Source of the DNA: Octopus vulgaris
Lineage: Eukaryota
DNA: 64,000 nucleotides
Direction: 5' to 3'
Assembly (NCBI GenBank): GCA_951406725.2
Contig: OX597823.1
Coordinates: 94,364,001-94,428,000 of the forward strand
The notes below the pieces were generated by a model, which had not been told where the DNA came from, made no database searches, and was given only the letters and a program-made list of their open reading frames with translations. Positions 25,530-39,645 of the stretch are shown piece by piece (positions within the stretch are counted from its first letter, which is position 1; the number at the start of each line of letters is the position of its first letter). The position numbers and the translations under genes were made by a program.

Positions 25530-27142
25530 TCTCTTATTATAAAAGGCAGATTTTATCTGCCTCCCTTTGTCAGTTATAGAAATCTACAATATAGGATTTC
25601 TTCAATTACAATTTACCTAGCATTTTTAAGAGTAGAATGCATCGGGTCATGCCAGGTCCAGTTTTTAAAATTTCAACCCCAATTAAGCAAAATTTACAGA
25701 AAACTCACATTGTGGTGTATGAGTCAACTGATTCTCTTAATGTGAGCTACAGCACTCGCACACACACACACACAAAAAGGGAGCGATCTCATTCACTCAC
25801 GCTATCACTCATTTCTACGACTTTCTCTTTGCAAGTAAAGTGAAACTAATTCGATAAAACGAGAGAAGTGTACCTTAAACCACTACTAAAAAAAAAAACA
25901 GCAAACAGAAACAAATAAATACATAACGATTTACTCCTCACACAATTTCTTCAATTAGAGTGTACCCATGATTTTTCAGAGTACTTCCAGTGGGTGATGC
26001 CATAAAAAATTTCTTTCAATTTTACCACCAATTAAGACAAAATTCGAGAAAACTCAATATTTTAACATTTCACTCCGAAAGCATTGATGTACATGTGTGC
26101 GTGCGTGAGTGTGTGTGTGTCATTCCTCACACACACGCATACACATACATATATGAGAGTGGCAAACACAAACGTTTCAAACAACTACATACAAACACGT
26201 GTGTGTTTGTTATTAGTAAAAAAGGCGCCAAAACACAACTCACTTATCATTCCAACACATTTGCTATAACAATACAGAAAAGGTAAATTGGTTTTTATTT
26301 TACTCTGTATATATTTTATTATATAATATTATATATAGATATATGTATATATAATTGCAGTATGAAACAGTGTTTATGTATAAACAGACGACACTTATAT
26401 ATAGTTATTAATAAATGTATGCATCCGTTTAACCCTTTCGTTACCAAACCGCCCGAATTTACCTATTCGTATTTAAATGAGAATATCAGAGTAAATCTCT
26501 TTAGTACATTCGTGAAAACACGTATTATACTTCGTAAGGAGTTCAACTACAGTTTTGTACAAAAATCGAAGTGTAATTTTAATTCCGTGAATTATGGGAT
26601 ATTTTTTTCCGAAATTTGTTCCTATTGTGTTTTCAAAATTTGTAATTCTGACAAAAAATGGATACGAATTTCATTATATCAAGCAGCGAGTCAGAATTCG
26701 AAGGATTTTCTACTGAAGACCTTCATAAATCTAACTCTATGACTGAAAAAAAAAGCATCTTTATATAAGAGTGAAGTTGTGTGTCTGTCTCCTACGATTT
26801 AGATTCGTAACTACTCCCACATTTTGCGGTGCAGTTTAACCAAAAGCGTGTATCTTATAGTCGTGATTCATATCGAGCCCTTCTGGGTATTAGCGCGCGT
26901 CTACGATGAGTCTACGATTTAAAAAAATATTTTTCCATTTTAATGCATTTTTTTCGCTTTTATATAAGGGAAGTAACTCTCTAAAAATATCTACGATGTG
27001 TCAACGATTTAAAAAAAAATTTACCTTAATTTTTTTTCAATTTTTAATGCATCTTTTTGCTATCTTTTGGCTATAACTCTCTAAAAATGCTTATATAGTT
27101 ATTTCCCTTACAAACCCGAGCAACGCCGGGCGATACTGCTAG
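25530..27142 (+). mobile_element. Non-autonomous Helitron (composite, 1613 bp)
   Basis: A|TC 5' end, subterminal hairpin cccgagcaacgccggg (27115-27130), CTAG|T 3' end and no TSD; flanks rejoin to a mariner ORF. A second Helitron-type 5' end TCTTTATATAAGAG lies at 26758. Confidence 0.85.
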
Positions 27143-27290
27143 TGCAGTATAAGGAGATTGGACGAGCGTTGGCCAGTGTCAACGGTGGTTCCAGAAATTC
27201 CGAGCCGGAAACTACAGCCTAAAAGACGAGCCTTGTCCAGGAAGCTCTGTAGAACTCGACGAGGACATCCAGCAAACCCTAGTGGAACAA
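27143..27290 (+). mobile_element. mariner transposase HTH region, right part
   Basis: AV*GDWTSVGQCQRWFQKFRAGNYSLKDEPCPG..VELDEDI matches the mariner WFxKFRxGxxSLxDEPRxGR motif. Confidence 0.85.
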
Positions 27291-27827
27291 ATAGCGCTTG
27301 TGGCTTTAAACGAAAAGCAATGAGAATGACAGATAATATTAGACACTCTTCAAACTTGTTAACTTTTGCCATGGGGACAGAGTTGCGTGACAAATATCTT
27401 ATAAACATGCGTTTAGTACGAAGATAAAGAGGATTTAACACACGCGTTGACTGCGATTAACTTCAGTCTTCATCTCACAGTGTCAGATCTAACCTGTTAC
27501 ACCACATATACACCTAAATCCACTCCCCCCACCCATGCTTAAGGTGGGGGAGTGGATTTAGGTGTATATGTGCGTGTTTATATGTGCGAGTGTGTGTGTG
27601 TGTGTCTGTATGTGCGTGTGTGTATAGTGTGTTGTCCAACATCAATGCTTTTGTGCCAAACCAAAACGAATTATGTAATATATAATCGTGTAACTACATA
27701 CTTATATATACATACATACATATACATATGCATATACGTATGTATGTATGTATGTATGTATGTATGTATGTATGTGTGTGTGTGTATATATATATATGAT
27801 ATATTGTAGATATATAGACAGACAGAC

Positions 27828-28007
<180 letters not shown>

Positions 28008-28721
28008 TGATTGATTGATGGTATGCTATTGGTGCTGGTGTTAGTTGGTGGGGCGCTACGGTGGCGATGTTTATTATTAGCACATTGACTGGTGCCGCGA
28101 TGAGAGTGGGGGATCGGACTCCGCCTGTTTCAAAAACGCACAGCACAACACTAAATAAAATAATACAAATCACAACCCAAAAAAACAGACAAAGCAAAAG
28201 CAAAAGACACTTGAGAATGGAAAGATAAACAAAATCCACCCAAACCCATCCCCACCGAAACAATATCATAACAAAAATATTAAAAACAACTGCAAGGACA
28301 AGAAAAATAGAGCCACGACAACATCAACAAAAACAAACAACAAAAACAGGAAGCGTAATAATATCAACAACACCAACAACAACAATCAACAAAAATAATA
28401 CAAACATTAACTAAATAACAAATATGATTCTTCCACAACAAAATATCTTGACAATGGAAAAGAAGATGAAAGAAACCGGCGTTTCGGTTTTGTTTTTGTT
28501 TTCAGTTCCAGTTAAAGAAGTCAAATAGATTTTCGAGTGTTTACTGTTATCATCGTATTTATTTGATAATTTTTCAGCTTCAAAGTGTTTCGACTTCATT
28601 TATAACATGTTTTTTTTTTGTTGCTTGTTTGCTTGTTTTTGCATTTCTTTATATTATGTGTATCATAATTGTGTATGTGTGTGTGTATGCCTGCATGTAT
28701 GAATGTCAGTATACATATGTA

Positions 28722-28762
<41 letters not shown>

Positions 28763-29010
28763 AAAAAGACATAGAGGAAAAGACAGAGATAATGTATACA
28801 ATTATATATAATGCCTATATAGATATTCTACATGCATATATGCGTGTGCATGTGTATATTTATATATATATAGGGAGAGTTTTACGAAAAAAACAAGACG
28901 AAGACAGGTGGTGTACAAAACAAACAGATGTATTAGCATATATATATATATATATATATGTATGTATATGTATATATATATATATATTATATATATATAT
29001 ATAATATATA

Positions 29011-29055
<45 letters not shown>

Positions 29056-29102
29056 TAATATATAATATATAATATATATATATGTATGTATGTATATGTA
29101 TG

Positions 29103-29133
<31 letters not shown>

Positions 29134-29371
29134 TGCACATCAATATATTAGCGTATTAATATGCATTCAAATACACAACTACAGCAGAGTACATATACAT
29201 AAATATGTTTACAAATTAATCTACTCCAAACGCATATATGCATGTTTGTGCACGCTCCTGCTCGTGCACTATACATGCATAAAATATGCATTAATATATA
29301 AAGAATTAGGATGTATACATATACAGACCAGACACATACATACATATATATACATAGATATATATATACAT

Positions 29372-29466
<95 letters not shown>

Positions 29467-29784
29467 AACACACTTCTATACATGTACTCTGTGTGTATAT
29501 TATCTTTGTAAATATATTAATACTTTGTACACGTTGGTATATATGTGTGCGTGTGTGCTTGTGTTCGTGTTTGTTTGTGCATCGTCCTCTACTCACGCAC
29601 ATGCACACTCACACCCTCGTGTCTGCATTCTCTTCTCCATTCCCTCACATCACTTTAGTCAGTAAACACTTCAACTATTTAAAATTATTGTTTTCCGAAA
29701 CAGAATTTAATTTCTGCATTCGATTCTCTATGCCTACTTCTTTCTTCAACTGCTCCATTTCTCTCCCTATCTCTTTCTCTCTCC

Positions 29785-29876
<92 letters not shown>

Positions 29877-30735
29877 ATGTGCGTGCACCTTTTTACACTT
29901 AATGTCGAAGTTGTCGTTGTTGTGCACTTGTTGATAGGAAAGGTCTTTTTCGTGTTCGAGAAGAAGAAGAAGAAGAAGAAGAAGAAGAAGAAGAAGAAGA
30001 AGAAGAGGAGGAGGAGGAGGAGGAAAAGAAGGAGAAGAAAGAGAAGGAGAAGAAAGAAAAGGAGAAGAAAGAAAAGGAGAAGAAAGAAAAGGAGGAGGAG
30101 GGGAGGAGGTAAACGGTAGCAAAAGAAATCGGAAGAATTTCTTTCAAACGATTGCGGAAAAGAAAGCGGAAAAAGGCCACAGTCTATTGCCAAGGAAGCT
30201 TGAAAATTTGCAGAGGAACTTGGCATTAACCCTGAATTAAATGTAGACCTGAAACCACTAATATCACATTCTAAATGTTCCAACGATAAAATTTAGCTGT
30301 TATTTCTTGCAATATTAATTATTATGCAAAAGTCTCCCTCGTCGGTTCATACATATGTTAATCTTGGCGCCATCTGATTTGATTTTTTTTTCTTTCGTTT
30401 CAATGCACTGTTAAGGGGGAACACATGGTAACTCTGGCTTCCGGCGTGCAGAAACTGGTTGCGTCTGATTCAAGCAAATTTCAATCTTCGTAGCATTTTA
30501 AATATTTATTTCGTGAAGTTTACGTAATTTGTATGAAAACCTACAAAGACAGGAGGTACAAAGAAAATTTCCAGTAGTTTTTAGACCTTTTCAAGGGGGG
30601 ACGTTTATTAACTTCAAAGAAGCACAAAATTCTGATCTCATTCAAAGTAGAACCTTCTCACTTCAGTTCCCGTGTTGTAGCCTCCCAGCCACTTCGTGAA
30701 AGCCCAATGGAGGTCCTTCCAAGTAAAGATATCCA

Positions 30736-30983
30736 GGCGAGCTGGCAGAAACGTTAGCACACCGGGCGAAATGCGTAGCCGTATTTCGCCCGACGCTACG
30801 TTTTGAGTTCAAATTCCGCCGAGGTCGACTTTGCCTTTCATCCTTTCGGGGTCGATAAATTAAGTACCAGTTAAAGGATGAAAGGCAAAGTCGACCTCGG
30901 CGGAATTTGAACTCAGAACGTAACGGCAGACATAATACTGCTAAGCATTTCGCCCGGCGTGCTGACGCTTCTGCCAGCTCGCC
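30736..30983. mobile_element. Two family A SINE 5' halves in inverted orientation (111-bp arms, 26-nt spacer)
   Basis: 30736-30846 (+) and 30873-30983 (-) are near reverse complements. Confidence 0.85.
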
Positions 30984-31329
30984 GCCTTCATACCAGCTCG
31001 CCGCCTTCCTAGAAGACACTTGCTCAAGGTACTACACAGGGGAACTGAACCCAGAACCATGTGGTTGGGAAGCAAGCTTCTTACCACACAGCCATGCCTG
31101 TGCCTATATCGGAAATGGAACTCGGAATGTAATAAATGCCGCTTAGCATTTCGCCCGGCGTGCTAACTATTCTGCCAGCTCACTGAAGTTGAGTATCAGT
31201 ATGCTCTTTACTGAGAACCCCGGAACAAACTTACATAAATTTTGTGACTGTCCAGATCTTTATGAATACTTTTGTGTACAGTTGCTACGCCAACTCCAAA
31301 CTGTACCTTTATTGTCTTTATAGATACAC

Positions 31330-31610
31330 AACAGCCTTCATCCAGATAATTGCGAATTTTCTCAACCTGCTCTCATTTTCTCACGTCCCACTCCCTCCCA
31401 CTCCTCCTATTGTCTCTCACCTCCTCTCCACCAAACTTGAACTTTTTGCATCATTGAAAAACAAGTTAAACCATCAGAATTCTGAAGTATTTCATGAGTT
31501 TCTGTCACGTTTTACCCAGTGGGATACAAAACTTTATTATCGAATATCAAGCTTCCAAACGTCCCGGCTACATCTTGCAAACTCGTCACCAGTGACAAGC
31601 AGTCTTTTAT
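31330..31610 (+). mobile_element. Degraded mariner transposase C-terminus
   Basis: P.PP....LS.....LFASLKNKLN pattern resembling HPPYSPDLAPSDFHLFxSLxNxL. Confidence 0.45.
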
Positions 31611-32149
31611 AAGATCAGCTTCAAAGTGCTGTTATAGTTGTCTCCTTCGATCTGGAATAAGAAAAGTTAGCAGGTCAGCTTAATAGATCTGTTGACAGTT
31701 GTGGTTGCCTCTCATAAAAAAATGCTCAAAAAATGCTCGTGTATGTGTGTGTGCGAGAGTGTACATTTATACGTATATATGTATGTATGTATGTATGTAT
31801 GCATGTATGTATATGGATGGATGGATGGATACGATGATGATGTGTGACTGCATGCTAATTTTATGCTAAGATTTTAGTTACTTCAACGTCATTTTATGAC
31901 ATTTTAATTGACATGACCAACAGATTTATTTGTGTACTTGTGTGTGTGTGTGAGTGTGTGTGTGTTTGTGTGTGTGTGTGTGTATGTGTAGTGAGAGAGA
32001 TACATATTAACACACACATGCACACATAATTACACACACACAAATGCAAGGCACGCACACACACACCAACACACACACCCAAACGCACACACACAACATA
32101 CACACACACATGCACATACACATTCACACCTACACACAAGTACACACAC

Positions 32150-32197
<48 letters not shown>

Positions 32198-32390
32198 GAA
32201 GGCCAAAATCGTCACACGTTTACATTCCACACAACACTTCTTAAACAAAGCTGTGTAGATAGATAGAAATATATACATACACATGAACATTACTTATATA
32301 TACACATACACACACGCACACACACTCACACACACACACACACACATATATATTATTTACATACATATATAATATATACATATATATATA

Positions 32391-32442
<52 letters not shown>

Positions 32443-32609
32443 GAGAGAGAGAGGGAGAAAGAATCTTGCATATATACCATTCTGCTTAAAAAAATGGATC
32501 TACAACTTCAATATCCCTACATATCTCACATCTATTTTCTTTCTTCCACCTCACTCTTTATTTTGTATCCTATCTAAATTAACTATTACTAAACTATCCT
32601 CTCACACCA

Positions 32610-32659
32610 TCTCCGATGAAGGGATATAATTAATAAATATCATGGAAACAGCTGTAAGA
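32610..32659 (+). ncRNA. Type-I hammerhead-like motif in a short repeat (~32460-32727)
   Basis: TCT-CCGATGA-AGGGATAT...ATATCATG-GAAAC-AGCT-GTA^AGA; palindromic ACAGCTGT stem III and 3-bp stem I; the stem II base is imperfect. Confidence 0.55.
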
Positions 32660-33732
32660 CCTTCTATCTATAAATGTTCTAATATCTACACAGCCTTGTT
32701 TTTTTATCTCATTCCGCAAAAAATTCTTATATATATATGTCCCTACTTTCGAAACGCGGAATAGATAAAACAGGGGACAACTGATGAAGGGAATGTTCTT
32801 TATGTTGTCTGTCTCGTTTCTTTGTTTCTTTCGTTATTCGACAAAAAAATTCGTATTCTATATCTTTGTTTTTTTATGTTCTCGTTTCTCGTTTTGTCTA
32901 CGTCTTTTTTTATGTCCTGTACCCATATATGCATGTATATATACATATAGATGTAGGTATGCACATATATGTATGTATATATGCAGATATTTATATTCTA
33001 TTTACACACACACACGTGTGTGTGTGTGTGTGTACACATAATAGATCTCCACGTACACATGTACATACATAGATATATGTATTATATAGACAGACATATA
33101 CATATATTCATATATATATATGTTTATATACATATGTGTGCGTGTATATATATATACATTCATATATATATATAATCTACATATCTATGTACTTTGGGTG
33201 TTTATTAAAATTTTCGCCAGTGCTATAAAGAGTTTGCAAATATTCAATAAACCTAAGTGAATTTGATTGATAGCTAATTCTAGTGAGATTATGAAATATT
33301 AAGAGACGTTCTCTTGCAAGAAAAACACTGGCAAACAACATCTCCACTCATTTAGATTCCGTTTAGATTTCTTACACGCCGAGTTATATGAATATATATT
33401 ATATATATATATGTATATGTGTGTGTGTGCAAGTATACATATATATATGCATATAAACATATAAATATGTATATATAAATATAATATATATATATATATA
33501 TACAAACATACATATATACTTATATATACACGCATATATACTTATATATATGTATATATGCACATACATATATGCACTTATATATATATATGTATGTATG
33601 TATGCACTTATATATATATATATATGCACTAATATATACTCAAATATACACATACATATATATGTATATATATTTATACACATATAATCGTGTATTTATA
33701 TATGTAGAGGTACATATATACGTATGTATATT

Positions 33733-33767
<35 letters not shown>

Positions 33768-34115
33768 TTTTATATACATATATATATATATATATAATGT
33801 ATGTATGTATTTATGTATGTATGTATGTATATATATACTTTCATATATATACATATATGTATGCATATTTGCACACGTCTATAAGTGTATAAATATCCAT
33901 GTGTGCGTACATATACGTTAATATATTTATAGATACGCATGTATATATGTAAATATGTATACATACATACATATGCGTGTATGTATTTACATGGACACAC
34001 ACACATATGTATACACATATATGTATGCATGTATGTCTATATACGCATGTATGTATGTATGTATGTATGTATGTGTGTATGTATGTATGTATGCATGTAT
34101 GTATGTATGCATGTA

Positions 34116-34164
<49 letters not shown>

Positions 34165-34563
34165 ATACGTATGTATGTATATTCAGTTACTATCGGACTC
34201 GATTTTCATTTCCCTTGCCGCCAGAGTTAAATGACTTGCCAGTTGTTAACCTTGCCAAACACACACCTACGCATGTGCACACGCGAGCGCATCGTTCATC
34301 TCCCTTAAGGGCCGGAAAGAATTTTCTCTTTTTATTTTTTCTATTTACTGTTCCAATCACTTTATCCTGCAACTTCATTCTATTCTCAAATATTTTTGCC
34401 GAGGTTAATCTCCTCTAAACTTTATTGCATGGTGCTTTTGTTCATTATTTTCTTTTCTCGTCATTTTACCCTCAAATTTGTTTCCATTCTAACGGGATTT
34501 TGGTATTCCATGTATGTATGTTCATGGAACAACAATTTATTATTCATTATTATTATTATCATT

Positions 34564-35117
34564 GAGTGAGAGAGCAGTACATGCCATCAAAGTGACACTG
34601 GGGTAAAATATACGAAGCCCTGTATCCCCATCATAACTACCTGTCTGATAAGGGTACACCAGGCACATGCATCACAATAACATGTGAGCGACATGGTGAT
34701 CTCATATCAAGATAAACAGCACATGACCTTGCAGATGGGGACCAGTTAGAATTTTCTTCTGGTTGAGTAATCCATCCCGCTCAAAAGGTCCCTGAATAAG
34801 GATTTTTTAAGGATGTTGAACGAAACACCCATGTTTCCAGAGGTGAATTATTCACACCCCAAAGAACCCCTCTCAACACATGGCTATTTTGCTCCCCCAC
34901 TACTTCTGCTCGTGGTCAGAGATGCACATATCGTCAGCCACTAAGGGACATGGTCAACTGGTTAAGGTCAAACAACTGACAAGCAAATCTGTGGTATTGA
35001 GCAGAATATTTGCTGTAGCCCATCTTTTATACCAAGACAAATCAATGTACATGATAACACTTCCAATCAATTAAGATCAGAAGCCACGAGAGTCACTGCC
35101 TGGTACTGCATCAGGGC

Positions 35118-35120
<3 letters not shown>
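34564..35120. mobile_element. ~560-bp non-coding interspersed repeat (family F), copy 1
   Basis: Homologous to 35355-35914 (same orientation) and 42296-42750 (inverted); bounded by (TAT)n. Confidence 0.8.
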
Positions 35121-35154
<34 letters not shown>

Positions 35155-35157
35155 GTT

Positions 35158-35210
<53 letters not shown>

Positions 35211-35281
35211 GGTTGTTGTTGTTGCTGTTGTTGTTGTTGTTGTTGTTGCTGTTGTTGTTGTTGTCGTTGTCGTTGTCGTTA

Positions 35282-35326
<45 letters not shown>

Positions 35327-35354
35327 GCAGCAGCAGCAGCAGCATCATCATTTA

Positions 35355-35914
35355 GTGAATAAGTGAGAGAACAGCACCTGCCATCAAAGTGACATTGGGG
35401 TATAAATTTACGAAATCCAATATACCCATCATGACTACCCGTCTGATAACGGTACACCAAGCACATGCATCACAACCATAAGTGGGTGAAATGGTGACCT
35501 TAAATCAAGATAAACATTGCATTGTCTTCCAGGTTGGACCCAGTTAGAATTTTCTTCAAGTCGAATAGCCCATCCCACTCAAAAGGTCCCTGAATAAGGG
35601 TTGTTTAAGGATGATGAACGAAGCACCCATGTCTCCAGAGATGAATTATTCAGACCCCAAAGAATTCTTTCCAACACATGGTTAAGACACTTCCCCTCCA
35701 CTCCTGCTCGTGATCAGAGATGCACCTATTGTCAAGCACTAAGGGACATGCTCAACTGGTTAAGGTCAAGCAACTGACAAGGAAATCTACGGTATGGAAG
35801 AGAACATTTGATGTAGCCTAGCTTTTACACCAAAACAAAACGTGTACATATTAACACTTCCAATCACTTAAGATCAGAAGCCATGAGAGCCACTGCCTAG
35901 TACTGCATGAGGGC
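35355..35914. mobile_element. Family F repeat, copy 2 (tandem with copy 1 across a TAT/TGT tract)
   Basis: gtgagaga.cag.ac.tgccatcaaagtgaca...gagagccactgcctagtactgcatgagggc. Confidence 0.8.
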
Positions 35915-35986
35915 TTTGATATTACCCAATATTTTTGCTCGTTATCAGAGATGCACATATCATCAACCTCTATAAGATATGCTCTA

Positions 35987-38110
35987 TTGTTGTTGTTGCT
36001 GCTCTTGTTTATTTTTAATCTGCACTTTTGATACAATCACTTGCCGAGACACACCCATCGTCTTAGGGAGAGTGAAGGATAAGAGATATTACAGTATCAC
36101 TGAAAGCTTGGGGAGGGGAAGTGACATGGGCAGTAGGGAAATATTCTCATGTAATACAACAGACATTTAAATTGATAGGGATTTTCTAAGGATGTGGGCC
36201 GTACTCTCTGAGATATGGTTCTCCTGGGATGTAATCTAAATGTTTCTGAATCCCTTTTTTATCATACCTAGAGGAGCAACAATAACAGGAACAGTTCTTG
36301 GTTTAAGATGCCACATCTTTTGTATTTCAATTTCCAGGTCCTTATATTTACTTAATTTGTCAAATTCCTTTGCAGATATATCTTTATCAAGTGAGAACAC
36401 TTACATCTATTAGCCTACAGGTATTTTCTTTGTCTTTAATGACTATGTCTGGTTGACTAGCCTGGATCGTTCTGTTAGTGTTGACTGGAAAATCCCAGAG
36501 GGTAGTGACATTTTTACCTTCAACGACTGGCTCAGGATGCTGTTCATACCAGTAAGCAGGAATGCCGATTTTGTGATGTTTACATATATTCCAATGTAAA
36601 TAGCGTCCTACCCTATCGTGAAGATTTTTATATTCGTTTTGGTGTCAGCACAGGACATCCCGAAAGAAGATGGTCTATTGTTTCGTCAAATGTGTTGCAG
36701 AATAGGCATTTATAGTCAGGACCGCTTTGAAGAACGTTAGCCTGGTAATTTCTGGTAAGCAAGCTTTGATCTTGTACCACCAATATGAAACCCCTCAGAC
36801 TGCTTTCAGTCCTGAACTTCTCAGCCACTGATGGGTTGTTCCTTGATCTACATCAGCATTTCGACCTCGAAGTATATACTGTCCATGCTGAGGTTTCTGG
36901 TTCCTCCGCTCCCCAATTTGTTTCTGCCCGTTCTTTTTTGCAGTCTGCTTGATCCATTTTGCTTGTTTGTGACAGTGGTTTCAAGTTCTTCAAATATTTC
37001 AGGATTAATGCCAAACTCCCTTGCAAATTTTCAAGCTTCCTTGACAATAGACTGTGATTTGTTGCTGCTTTCATATTTGTACACAAGCCGCAGCATCCAG
37101 TCCTCTGTACTGGATAAGTACCTGTTCATTGCTATTGTAGAGGTCTTATAGCACAGTTCTACCTGCTTCATTCCTCTTCCCCCATTACTTCTAGGTAGGT
37201 ACAGGCGGTGTTAGTAGTTTTCTTATCTTCCTGTCCAGGCATTGGAGCTCTGTAAGATTCCAGTTAATGATGTTAAAACTATATTGGATTACTGGAAGTG
37301 CCGGGGTGTTAATGACTTCGATGCGATTTTTATAGAGTTGAGTTCAGTTTTAAGTATAAGTCTAATTCTCTTGTAATACTCCTTTCTTATTTTTTTCCTT
37401 CGTAACAGTGTGTTGTATACCATTTCCTTCATTTATCCCCAGGTATTTGTAATTTTCTTGTGGGTCAAGCTCCATGATGGTAGCGTCGATATCTAATTTA
37501 ATGGAAGCCGTTTGCTTGAGCTTGCCTCTTACAAAAGTTGCTTTAGCACACTCATCAAGGCCAAAGTCCATCCCAATGTCATTGCTGCAATCTTTAACGG
37601 TTGTTAACAGCCCTATTAACTCTTCGTCGTTTCTAACAAACAGCTTCAGATCGTCCAAATGAAGCAGATGGTTTATTGTCGTATTGTAAACTGTCAACCC
37701 ATACCTGGTGTTATTTAGTTCTTTTGAGAGTGGGATAAGTGCCATGCAAAAGAGTAATGGTGAGGGATAGTCACCTTGAAATATGCCGCCTCGTTTGGTG
37801 TTAATGTTGTTGGATTGACTCATCCCCTTACTATGGTTTAGAAGGAGATGTGTATTCCACTTGGCCATGCTATCTTGTAAGAATTTAGAGACGACAGGAG
37901 AGATCTTATGGCCTTGAGTAGCCAATTATGTGGGACTCTATCAAACGCTTTCTTGCAGTCTCTCCATGCCATACTCAGGTTCTTTTTGCTCCGGCATTTC
38001 TCTACAATCATTTTATTTATGAGTAATTGTTCTTTGCATCCATAAGAATTTCTTTTAGAACCTTTTTGAGATTGTGGAATGATAGAGTTCTGCTCAAGGA
38101 AAGTGTATCT
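35987..38110 (-). mobile_element. R4/Dong-like LINE, degraded (RT, CCHC, RLE)
   Basis: KEQLLINK..AWRDCKKAFDRVPH; GIFQGDYPSPLLF; HLDDLKLF; CLFCNTFDETIDHLLSGC; TLWDFPVNTNRTIQASQPDIVIKD; AHILRKSLSI*. Multiple frameshifts; (AAC)n tail. Confidence 0.9.
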
Positions 38111-38216
38111 TTTTTCAGTTAGTATGGATGTGAGGCTCTTGTAGGTGGTGTTGTGACATGTTATTGATCGGTAGTTTTTCGGATGTTTTTGTGTATTCAG
38201 CTTTTGGTAGAAGGTA

Positions 38217-38285
<69 letters not shown>

Positions 38286-38298
38286 CATCATCATCATT

Positions 38299-38780
38299 GC
38301 CTTTGCACAGCTTCTAACGCTGGAGATATACCACAGTGTCAGCTGTTCACTACCAGTGAACTAGGGTAGCACCCTAACCCTAATCCTAAAACCATCCGGA
38401 GTATTCGAGCGGTTCAAAGCAGTGCTGTTTTCTGGAAGTGCTTCACCCTTATTGCAGCCCCTAATTCTTCCATATACTTCTCGAGATTTTTGCTCACTGT
38501 TCCCTGGGCTTCAACAATTATTGGTACTACTACCACCTTTTTCATCGACAACAACTGCTTCACTTCCCTTCATTCTTTCAGGGATTTTGATATCTAGCCA
38601 TCTGGTTATTGGATACCTTCCCCGCTAACTACCAGTCCCTTTTTCATGACTAATATTGCACATTTATTTATGTCAAATTTCATACCTATATCTTTGCTGA
38701 AGAGTTTTACAATTTGTATTAAGGAATCACTTTTTTATTCTTGCTAAAAGACTTCAGACCATCCACGTAGAGCAAGAGTT
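38299..38780 (-). mobile_element. Internally deleted R4/Dong-like LINE (second family)
   Basis: LLYVDGLKSF..KLFSKDIGMKFDINKCA joined to a 3' end (V..IIVEA.G...TARILRMVL); 3' UTR is shared with 56275-56597 and 58419-58498. Confidence 0.75.
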
Positions 38781-39205
38781 TGGTCGGCCCGATGTTGTAG
38801 CAGAAGATACTTGCACAAGGTTTCCATTTGTTGCACTGAATCCAGAACCACGTGGCTGGGAAGCAAGCTTCTTAGCCCACAGCCACGTCTATGTCTATTT
38901 GTTTATATTGTTCCAAGAAAATGTAATCATCAACATTTTAATTACTTCGTTTTAAGAGTTATGAATTGGCTGAATCATTACATCGATGGACAAAATGTAG
39001 AGTGTTCTTTAGTTTCAAATCTTTAGATTCTGAGTTCAAATCCCACTAATGTCAACCTTTTTCATTTATCCCTCGGAGCACGATAAAATAAAGTATTAGG
39101 TTGATTATATCGACTAATCTTTTAGATTGCTGGCCTCGTGCCTAAATTAGAAACTGTTACGGGCACCGGGTTGTAGAATCAATAGATCGCCGGATAAAAT
39201 GCCTA

Positions 39206-39645
39206 GCGGCGAGCTGGCAGAGTCGTTAGCACACTCGGTGAAATGCTTAGCGCTATTTCGTCTGTCGTTATATTCTGAGTTCAAATTCCGCCGAGGTCGA
39301 CTTTGCCTTTCATCCTTTCGGGGTCGATTAAATAAGTACCAGTTATGCATTAGGGTCGATGTAATCGAATTAATCCGTTTCTCTGTCCTTGTTTGTCCTC
39401 CTTGTGGGTAGTAAAGAAATAGGTATTTTGTCTGCCGCTGCATTCTAAGTTCTAAGTTGCGGCATTTTGTCCGTCTTTAAAGTTCTGAGTTCAAACACCA
39501 ACGAGGTTCACTTTGCCTTTCATCCTTTCGGGGTCGATTAAATAAGTACCAGTTACGCACTGGGGTCGATATAATCGACTTAATCCATTTGTCTGTCCTT
39601 GTTTGTCCTCTCTGTGTTTAGCCCCATGTGGGTAGTTAAGAAATA
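39206..39645 (+). mobile_element. Tandem cluster of family A Meta-domain SINEs
   Basis: Full copy at 39206-39423 and partial copy at 39470-39645; further degraded copies at 39020-39160 and 39660-39790. Confidence 0.85.

Noticed and set aside
29958-30110. Poly-K/R ORF resembling a protamine or NLS
   Set aside because: Derived from (AAG)n/(GAG)n and a 15-bp purine minisatellite.
32737-32800. GAAAC...CTGATGA in permuted order (also ~4600-4640 minus)
   Set aside because: Could not build convincing stems II and III by eye; not called as ribozymes.
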